A DNA stretch of 64,000 nt from positions 62,992,001 through 63,056,000 of the forward strand of contig OX597818.1 in assembly GCA_951406725.2 (NCBI GenBank), in the 5' to 3' direction. Below the pieces are notes generated by a model that was given only the letters and a program-made list of their open reading frames with translations, was not told the origin of the DNA and did not search any database. This DNA comes from Octopus vulgaris (lineage: Eukaryota). This document shows positions 53,781 to 64,000 of this stretch, in pieces (position 1 is the first letter of the stretch; every line of letters starts with the position of its first letter). Position numbers and translations under genes: made by a program.

Positions 53781-54942
53781 ACAATACTAATATTTTCTTT
53801 TTAATTGTCTTATTTTCCAGATGGCCGGACGCTTGACTGTCCAGAAGCGAGCTAAGTGAGCAGCAAGCTATCAAGTGTGGAATTCCATTGTGCATGTATT
53901 TGTGAGTCTTTGAGTTTATCTACCATCACCGTTTGATAACCGGTGAAGTTTTGCCTACGTCCCCGTAAGTTAACTGTTGGTCAAATTTGACCAATAAAAT
54001 AAGTACAAGGCTTAAAAGAATAAGGACTAAAAATTGTCCAAAGTGGTGTTCCAGCATGGCTAAGGTAAAAGAAACTAAAACACGTGAAAGCTAAAAGTTG
54101 TTTGCAGAGAAATCTCCAAAAATTGACGAACGATAAAGCTAATAATCTCCACAACTACTTACTCCGGGAATCTATATATTTGATGATGTTGGAACGCAAG
54201 GTTCCTGGCAGTTTTATTACCAAAATCCCCTTCAATTCTATGGCGTTTGGAGCAATAATATTGACGGCAAGTAACAGCTTCTTTTAAGTGGTTAATGCCA
54301 TGAAGTAATTCCAGACTTTTCTTTCACCTCGAGAATGTTTTGGAGATGATTTAACATTCTGTTCACTTTTATAACGGCTTAGTTAATTACTGCATTTTCA
54401 TCTTCGTAATAATCACACCTGCCTTAAAGACAAGGGCACTTGAAATCCTTTGGATTTAGAATAAGAATTGAAGACATTCTTCTGACAAAGCAATGAATTT
54501 ATAGTTTGAGGGAGCAAAACTTGAAATGATTCAAACGCGTTCAATATTGTAAGAGGATTATTGAAATTCTTCAACGATTCCCTCATATTTTATTCCCCGG
54601 CTGTTCGAACCTTTTCTTGACATTCTCTCAAAACGAGATATATTCGAACATTTTGCAGATTAAATTATTCTTCGAATAAATCCTTGTACACCTTCTGCAT
54701 TGATTATCGTTTCATCTCTTCCACCAACTTTCAAATCATTCCAATTTTATTTGGTAACACTTCTTTTACAACATCATAAACAACATTAAATGAATCTTCT
54801 GAAATTTCGATTGGTGGCTTTAATCTCATCAAACATTATACAATGCAACGGTGTTATTATACGTTTCCCAATTCACTACTCGGACCTTCACATTTAACAG
54901 TCGCAAATGAACGTCTAACTGTCCACAAAAGAGAGAAAACGA

Positions 54943-54999
<57 letters not shown>

Positions 55000-55002
55000 C
55001 AT

Positions 55003-55271
55003 ATATTGTTATATATCGGAATGGTCATATTGCCAGTTTAGCCAATAAAAACACACGCACTATATATTTGGTGTTATTTTGCTTCAGTGTTATTTAATGT
55101 TTACATTAATCTTAATCTTATTTCGGCCAGAGTTCTTTCGTCACACTCCTGTGACCGCATCAGATTAATGTAAAAAATAAATAACACTGAAGCAAAATAA
55201 CACCAAATATATAGTGCGTGTGTTTTTATTGGCTAAACTGGCAATATGACCATTCCGAAATATAACAATAT
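55003..55271. mobile_element. Inverted-repeat element (~108-bp arms) with a hammerhead-like core in the loop
   Basis: 55003-55112 versus 55162-55271 are near-perfect inverted arms; minus strand CTGATGC-G-GTCAC-AGGAGT-GTGAC-GAAA at 55136-55163; TA runs on both sides. Confidence 0.8.
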
Positions 55272-55324
55272 CTGTTTCAACACACGACTTCACATAAACA
55301 ATCTTGCACAACAAATATTTAAAC

Positions 55325-55372
<48 letters not shown>

Positions 55373-55604
55373 CAGATGAAGAATTATGTACCATCTGTTT
55401 GTCTCCCGTTAGTTTTTACATTCCGTATACGTTACGTCACCGGTTTATATATTTTTCATTTATATATATGTATATATATATATGCGAATTCACTCGTCTA
55501 TATAAATGTGGATATGCTGATTAACTTTCCTATGTTCCGATGACGCTTGGTCGGAAATAGAAGGGGTACGTTTTCCTAGCATTTCTAGATTTATTTATCG
55601 GAAT

Positions 55605-55663
55605 ATTATGTCGATGAAGGAAATGAATCTTTGGATTCTAATCCAGAAACGTAGGTCCATAAT
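55605..55663 (+). ncRNA. Hammerhead-ribozyme-like motif, type I topology
   Basis: ATTATG (stem I) TCGATGA A GGA..GAATC TTTG GATTC..TCC A GAAAC GTAG GTC CATAAT (stem I'); the first two core positions deviate from consensus. Confidence 0.65.
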
Positions 55664-55841
55664 TATCCGAAGACTGTTTGATTTCATTGTTCTTCTTCTT
55701 TATTTTTTGCCATATGTGAGTTACAAATATTGTTGTCTGCGGAGACATATTTTTATAGAAAAAGGAAATAGTAGTCCTTTGGCTGCTACTTCTAAAATTT
55801 TTCGGTATGTGGTCAAGCAACTTGTTGCTAAACCCTAATTG

Positions 55842-55899
<58 letters not shown>

Positions 55900-56113
55900 T
55901 TGTTAAATGCTCGAAATACGAGAGTAAAAAACCATCAGTTGTTGGCTGGTTTTTTACTCTCGTATTTCTTTCCTTCTCCTGATTCCGACGAAGAGCTCCG
56001 CTCGAAATGCTATACCCTCCTTCTTTCCTTCTTTCCTGAGCGTCCAATATTACTTTATTTGTTCCACGTCCTCGCGTTGTTGTGTTTCTTTGTGCTTTCT
56101 TGTATGGATTAAC

Positions 56114-56222
<109 letters not shown>

Positions 56223-56316
56223 TATATACCTATATGTATGTGCGAGTGTTGTGCGTGTTTGCGTGTGTGCGTCTGCGTGTGTATGCTCAATTACTGAATA
56301 TGCTTCAACCGTAGAT

Positions 56317-56647
56317 TTTCTTCTTTTACTCCGCCGGTTACGACGACGAGGGTCCCAGCTGATACGATCAACGGAACAGCTTGCTCGTGAAATTAACGTG
56401 CAAATGGCTGAGCATTCCACAGACACGTGTACCCTTAACGTAGTTCTCGGGGATAATCAGCGTGACACAGAGAGTGACAAGGCTGACCCTTTGAAATACA
56501 AGTACAACTCATTTTTGCCAGCTGAGTGGACTGGAGCAACGTGAAATAAAGTGTCTTGCTCAAGGACACAACGCGTCGCCGGGAATCGAACTCACAACCT
56601 TACGATCATGAGCCGAATGCCCTAACCACTAAGCCACGCGCCCTCAC
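56317..56647 (-). mobile_element. Chimeric SINE: tRNA head plus CORE-like domain (as in family D) joined to the family-B tail
   Basis: TSD TCAACCGTAGAT at 56305-56316 and 56648-56659; switch point near 56505. Confidence 0.88.
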
Positions 56648-56825
56648 TCAACCGTAGATAATTATAATCCATTCGCCATTCATTCTCAAACAAGATCTTA
56701 CAAGATCTTTGTACACATTTGCAAACACGTGTTTGCCTAAAACTATTTTCTATTTTAATTCTAAATATATTCTAAAACTGAATCAATGTAAAAGTATTTA
56801 AGTAAACACATTTGTAAGTAATTAT

Positions 56826-57046
56826 ACTTTTTACTTTTTTTACTTTTTACTTGTTTCAGTCATGTGACTGTGGCCATGCAGGAGCACCGCCTTTAGTCGA
56901 ACAAATCGATCCCAGGATTTATTCTTTGTAAGCTTAGTATTTATTCTATCGGTCACTCTTGCCCAACCGCTAAGTTACGGGGACATATACACACCGGCAT
57001 CGGTTGTCAAGCGATGTTGAGGGGACAAACGCAGACACACAAACAT

Positions 57047-57123
<77 letters not shown>

Positions 57124-57289
57124 TACGACGGTCTTCTTTCAGTTTCCGTCTACCAAATCCACTCAGAAGGCTTTGGTCGGCCCGAGGCTATAGTAGAAGA
57201 CACTTGCCCAAGGTGCCACGCAGTGTGGCTGAACCTGGAACCATGTGGTTGGTAAACAAGCTACTTACCACACAGCTACTCCTACGCCT
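56826..57289 (-). mobile_element. SINE family A, full length
   Basis: Colinear with 8133-8556. Confidence 0.9.
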
Positions 57290-58326
57290 AACATAATTTA
57301 CCTAGTTAATTAAAATTGAAATTACAAAATATGTCTTCTCACACTACTTGTTTTCTATACAAAGTCATTATCTTCCTGTTTTCAGCCTGCTTATCTGAGA
57401 ATTTATTATTGCAACTTCATTTCTGTGTATTAGTATTTAACATTTTATGACACTAAAATAAATATTTTCTTTATTAGTAGTATCAATTAAGTAGCTTCAC
57501 TGTTTCATTTATTACTTTTCAGTAAACAAATTCTTAGGAGAAAAATTTGCAAGACATTTTAGATTTCTAGTGCTTCAACACTTAGAAAAGACTTCGGTTG
57601 TCATCTCTCCAACATGACAATATCTGCTGCAATTTCATTGAATTGCTAATAATAATTTCTTGAAGGATTACATTTGAAGCATTCAAGATATATATACCCT
57701 CAAGTTAAAGACGTTAAGTATTTCTAAGGATGCACCTATAGTTTATTTGAGGCATGTCACTTTTCAATCATCCAGTCGCCAGCATATTTACAGAGGGAAA
57801 CAAATGATGTTGTCTTGGTTATTTGACTATATAAATTCATAATCTCTCAAAAATGTGATTCGAATTTTGGAGAAAAACTGGTCTGTCAACTAGTAGTGAA
57901 ACTTGAATTACATGTTTATATAACAAATATTTAACTTGCAACAATTATTTAAAGAATTTTCAGATATTGTATAAAAATAAAATGAAAACTTCTGAGCAGT
58001 AGTTAACTGCTGAAAATGTCATTTGTTTGTATAAGTGAAATCATATTTTGGATTACAAACTCCCCTCGGATATATTAGAGGTAATGCAATAATGGTATTG
58101 ATTTAATTTAATTTCTGAGTTAATTAATTTCAGGACTGCAAATCCGTCATTGTATGCTACAAAAATTTTGTTACAAATTATAGTGCCAATTCATTATATT
58201 TGGCTAAATATATTCTTTGCAGTCGCCGTTGTGTAACTTTTACACTTCCTACCTAAATCCTACGATTGCGAAGATAATTTTATACTGAACGTTCTATGGA
58301 AATGCGATTTAAACTTTTTTGTTTGC

Positions 58327-58364
<38 letters not shown>

Positions 58365-58629
58365 TTAGATAGATTTCGGCCATTATTGGCCCAGGCCATG
58401 TCTAATTTAATAGCACAACCTGGGTGCTATTTATATATAAATTCAGGGTGAATACTTGATAAGTGTAAGCACCTGTATATGCGAGCTAGTAGCAGAGGTG
58501 AGAGGGTATACGCATCAAATGAAATAAAGAACAGAACACAAAGGATGTCGCGGTACATGTGTTTCAAGCTTTATAAAGCTTTTTATTTCATTCGATGCAT
58601 ATGCATATATATATATATATACATACACG

Positions 58630-58699
<70 letters not shown>

Positions 58700-59210
58700 G
58701 CAAAAACAATTAAGATTCAAGTGAATTCCAATGAATTCAGATGAATATGGTACTTAACTTAGATGCACCAGAATTCTTTATAGTATTAAACATAAAATTT
58801 CACAACGGTTGTGAAATGAACCGGCGTGTGACCAGCAGCTTTCCTCATATCTCCGGAAATTATACCTACATTTTTATGGATAGATTCACCTTCTCTGGGA
58901 AGTTAACAATCTTTTTAAAAACTTTTTATAAAACTGTGCATCATTAGAAAGCATTTTAAGTCTGCTTATAATTTAACTGTAAATTTCATAGAACTCACTC
59001 CTAATACTTCATGAAGATAATCAAACTCTCTAGGATGTCTGGAAATCATATATGTGATTTAGCTGATGAATACTGGACATTTGTATTTGCTGCAATATTT
59101 GCAGCTTCAAATAAAATTGGTCTTAGTATGAAACAATTGTACTAAACTACTAATCAATTCTTGTTGCTTTTTTCTTGGTTATATAAATATATATATATAT
59201 GTATATATAA

Positions 59211-59285
<75 letters not shown>

Positions 59286-59641
59286 AATGAAAAATAATTA
59301 ATTCATACAGACACATGCCCTCACACATACATTTATATTCGAACAACTTAAAGGTCTGTATAAAGTTGATGAACCGAAATATGGCGGAGAAGTTACAATA
59401 CAACACTTATGACAAAAGGAAACGACGACAAAACGAAAAATAGTATAAACAATGCAAAAATGGAGGACGCCAGTAGTTCACTTGGTGCTGGGTGTCACGT
59501 CTTGGAGAGGTCATGAACTATCCAGAGAAAGTACGACTGTGAAATGGAGGTCACTCTTTCTGGATTATAATTATCCCATTTATATGGATTACCATACAAA
59601 TTTGGTAATTTCTGTAGATCTAAATTTTTATTATATATATA

Positions 59642-59693
<52 letters not shown>

Positions 59694-59776
59694 ATATAGG
59701 TGCAGGAGTGTTTGTGTGGTAAGTAGCTTGCTTACCATAAAACTGCATGGCACCTTTAAACCAGAAAAACTGAACT

Positions 59777-59839
<63 letters not shown>

Positions 59840-60004
59840 CAATATGTATATATATATCACATATATATAAGGGTAAATAATTATTAATTTTAAATTAATA
59901 AATTTTACCAAGTAGTTTCAGTATGAAAGAGAACCATTATCGGTAGGAACTTTTACAAAAAGTTTTTAAAAAGTAACTTCAGAGGTGTCTTTTGCAGGTA
60001 TAAT

Positions 60005-60045
<41 letters not shown>

Positions 60046-60049
60046 TACG

Positions 60050-60171
60050 ATATACGATGGGCTTCTTTCAGTTTCCGTCTACCAAATCCACTCACAAGGC
60101 TTTGGTCGGCCCGAGGCTATAGCAGAAGACACTTGCCCAAGGTGCCACGCAGTGGGACTGAACCCGGAACC

Positions 60172-60211
<40 letters not shown>

Positions 60212-60256
60212 GTGGTTGGTTAGCAAGCTACTTACCACACAGCCACTCCTGCGCCT
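60050..60256 (-). mobile_element. SINE family A 5' half with a (TA)n run inside the tRNA head
   Basis: GAACC|TAAATATA...ATAA|TGTGGTTGG. Confidence 0.85.
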
Positions 60257-60527
60257 ATATATATATACATATACATACATATATTTATATATATATAAAT
60301 ATATAATAAAATATTAGGGAATAAATCCAAACTTACAGGGAAAAATCAGATTTAGGATTAAATCCAATTTTTTAGTATAAATATATTATATTATATTATA
60401 TTAAATTAGAGATAAAACAACTATTAGGCAAATCAAACAATGAAAAGCATAAGGCAATACTTAAAATTAATTAATTTATATTATTTTTAATATATATCAA
60501 AAGTATTAAAAGTTTAATAAAAGATAA

Positions 60528-60570
<43 letters not shown>

Positions 60571-61289
60571 TATGTATGTATGAATGTATGTCTATATGCA
60601 TTTATTATCTTATGTATATTTATTCGTGTGTCATATTGTATTGCTCGTATCTGGCGTCTTAAATTCCTTTCAATTTACATACTGCAATTTTTAAATGCAA
60701 CAAAACCTTTAAAGAATGCGTCGCTGTGGCAACATAATCTTTGTAGCATCTCAAAGCACACTTTGTGCTCTTATGCGTTCATATGCTCTGTATTTGATAT
60801 TTATTTTGTTCACATTCATTATGAGAGAATAAGTGTCTTAGCTGTATAGAGGCACATATATACTTCCTATAAACGTTCATACGTAATGCTAAACTATTAT
60901 AACCAGATCCATGAATTCCACAAAGTTGAATATCTTATGTATGTCATTATGATGACATCAAACGTCGGATAATATTAACAGAACCGCTTTCGCTGCCTTG
61001 ATTACTGTCTCCCGTTTTCCTAATCAGATTATTCTGGGATTAAAACTAGGATGTTAGGCAAACAAATACATTGATCCAACAGTTAATAATCGATATATTG
61101 TATTCCGATATAAATGCTACCGTTATGATGAGGATTCTTCGAAACGAGGTCGTGAGTTAAAAGTACAAATACCTTAGTTAAATATTATTTGTTTAAACGA
61201 ATCTCGTGTTAAATGACGATTGTTAACATCTGCGATTTGCATTTCTTATACTTCTTTAAATAATGCTACTGGCGATTTCGTATGTTGGC

Positions 61290-61742
61290 AAAAGGCTAGC
61301 AAATGTGAAGGGCGGAAAAATCGATTACATCCTCCGAAGTGGACACCTGGTATTTATCGTCCCCAACATGATGAAATGCTATGACGAGCTCGGCAGAATT
61401 TGAACTTAGAACGTAATAACGAATGATACAACGCCAAGCATTTTGCCAGGCGTGCTAAAGCTTCTGCCAGCTCACCGCTTTACTACTGCTACTACTGCTC
61501 CACCTGCTGTTGATAATAACAATAATAATCCTTTCTACTATAGGCACGAGGTATGAAATTTGGGGGAGGGGACCAGTCGATTACATCGATCCCAGTGCAT
61601 AATTGGTACTTAATTTATCGACCCCCGAAAAGATGAAAGACAAAGACGACTACTGTGGAATTTGAACTCAAAAGGTGACGACTGACGAAATACAGCTAAG
61701 GATTTCGCCCGGCGTGCTTGCGATTCTGCCAGCTCGCTACCT
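61290..61742 (-). mobile_element. Two diverged SINE family C copies
   Basis: Heads end at about 61478 and 61742; the second carries the alternative tail also seen at 6850-6900. Confidence 0.75.
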
Positions 61743-62269
61743 GATTAACAATAATAATAATATTAATAATAATAATTGATATTTTATTGGCTAAACGATA
61801 TATCAACAGTAAGTCTGTCTTTTGAAGTTCAACATTAGAAGTGATAAAATTTCAAAATTATAGAAATTTAAATGTAAAGTATGAACAAGGGCAACCAGCG
61901 TCCATACTTTGGGGTTGAATGACATCAGTTTTTAAGTTTCAGTTTTATAACAGATGAAAAGAAAAAGACAGGAAAAAAAAAACAGAAGAAAGCTAATAGA
62001 AAAAAGGCAGAAAAAACGAGGAAAAAAGAAAAAGAAGAATGTTTAATCAAACAGTTTTGTATAAATTTAGATCATATTCTCCTATCAGTTTATTCACAGT
62101 TGTGAATTTGTGCCCATAAAACCTATTGTTTAATTGTTGTTTTACAACCAGCGTAAATTAAGTTGTGTTTCATGCACTCTGTCGCGTACACCAAATGGGA
62201 ATCCCTAGATGTCCCACCTTCTGTATAATTTATAACATTTCTTTTGATTTCTGATGGAATTCACTTCAC

Positions 62270-62945
62270 TCAGGTTGTTGCACAATGAACAGGGCTTACC
62301 TCTCTTACAGCTGTTTCAAGGTACAGATATACAAAGGCATTTGCATGTTTCCAGGAATCTCCTATATCAGTACAAATCCATTTTATACTAAAAAATGGGG
62401 ATTTTAGATTTGAGCGAATAATATGATGTGGATGATCGGAGCGGCGGTGGATATAACTGTGGGATGACGTGGGCTTCTAAAATAACTTTGTCGCTATTCT
62501 ACCTCCAAAAAATTTGACTGTTGTGTCTAAACATTCAACGCAATTTTTTGAAAAACTAGACGTAAATTTCATGTTGGACGTAAAACCATAGTTCCTAGCA
62601 TGCAAGAAGTTAAATTAAACTAACCTGTGGTCCTTCCCAGACAAAGAAATACGTCATCAATGAACCGTAACCAGAGTATTGGTTCATGACCATGAATGGA
62701 TTTGAATGTCTTCAGTAACTCTGTGTCAAATTTCGTCATGAAGAGATTAGCGAAATTAACTGCCATGGGGGTACCCATGGCGCAACCATTCCTCTGGTGG
62801 TAAAAGCTTTGTCTAAACTTCATTGTGTTACTTTCTAACACAAACTTCAATAATCTACAGAGAAAATTTCATAGAATGCTTTTGTTTGGCCGCTTTTCTT
62901 AGGCATCTATGCATGCTTCTACCCCTGCATGGCGGTCAATATTGG
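62270..62945 (-). mobile_element. Penelope-like element RT fragment
   Basis: FVLESNTMKF...YHQRNGCAMGTPMAVNFANLFM...WLRFIDDVF, then broken DTTV...KPT..H.Y....SDHP.H. Confidence 0.88.
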
Positions 62946-63079
62946 GATATAAGGAAGAAACATTCATGGTTACCAAAAAGCAGTTCTCGACACGGCCTCG
63001 GTGCTTAAAAAAATTGTTGATTTTAGATACAAAATCAAAAGTATCCCGAATATAATAACTTGATCGTTTTGCGAAATTG

Positions 63080-63830
63080 GCATAATTTTAGCAAACACAA
63101 TACAATAGATGACAGAATTCATTTTGTGATTAACTGTCACCAACATTTCGCTGGCATTTCAAAACTGTTGCATGGAAGTTAACGAGCATGTGGCGACAAA
63201 ATATCCTCGTTTCAAACAGGTATTTACTCAGCCTTTAGAAAGAATAAAAATATAAGAGAATTATTGACCTCTATTTCTAACTCCAAGAAAACAAACATCG
63301 GAGTATCTGCACGCTGTACCTTAAAGAACAGCCGCAAGCGAGGTAAGCCCTGTTCATTGTGCAACGACATGAGTGAAGTGAATTCCATCAGGAATCATAA
63401 CATAAATGTTATGATTTATACAGATGGTGGAACATGCAGAGATTACCATTTGGTGTACGGGGCAGAGTGCACGAAACACATGATTTAAGTTGGTTGTATA
63501 ATAGAACAATTAAACAAAATGTTTAATGGGGACAGATTCGGCGTCAGGCACCATAACAGTATTTCGGCAGAACTTGCTGAACATTTCGTTTTGAACGGCT
63601 GCAATTTTCAAGAAGACTTGAAAATGTATATTCCCAGAATATAATCTGAATCTGCTTCACTTTCACTTCTCAGAATGCATGAGGAGAAATATGTTTGCGG
63701 CTTATTAACATCAGGCCCTGGAGAAATGAATAAAATGACAGGAGAATATCATCAAATTTATACAAAACTGTTTGATTAAATATTCTTCTTGATGAGCTTC
63801 CAATGTAACTAAAACGAAGCAAGGAACTGA
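63080..63830 (+). mobile_element. Penelope-like element linker plus GIY-YIG fragment (Cys-rich, Neptune-like)
   Basis: RKNKNIRELL...KPCSLC...GTC..HLVYGAEC...*VG...AELAEHF...EEKY...LTSGP.EMN; decayed TTGATGA-GCTTC...GAAGC hammerhead remnant at 63789. Confidence 0.8.
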
Positions 63831-64000
63831 AAAAAAAATGACATATACAAAAAGTAATATTTAGTTCATGGTATAAAAGATAAACAAATAAATCAATAAA
63901 TAATGGTGAGAGGCAAGAAAATTCTTAACACGTAGAGGTTACAACTGCTTTATATTCTACTCTGACTTACCTATTCTATATTGGTTACGAAACTACATTA

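Overview
AT-rich eukaryotic non-coding DNA, most likely an octopus genome (inferred from the tRNA-derived SINE families and the very dense (TA)n, (CA)n and (TAA)n microsatellites). I cannot support any host protein-coding exon. Most listed ORFs are microsatellite read-throughs. The window is a transposon landscape: four tRNA-derived SINE families (my labels A-D) that exchange head, core and tail modules; two non-autonomous Helitrons; two Penelope-like elements (PLEs), one internally inverted; a Dong/R4 LINE 3' end sitting in TAA repeats; RTE and mariner relics. Four observations stand out. (1) A TSD-bounded 2.2-kb Tx1/L1-type element encodes only ORF1 and is inserted in a SINE tRNA head (41485-43701). 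(2) About a dozen hammerhead-ribozyme-like cores lie in short, mostly (TA)n-embedded, often inverted-repeat elements. (3) One such inverted pair brackets an unexplained GC/CpG-rich island (33560-34305). (4) A 39-bp minisatellite is built from pieces of two different SINE heads (47867-48410). All family assignments come from motif recognition by eye; no database searches were run.
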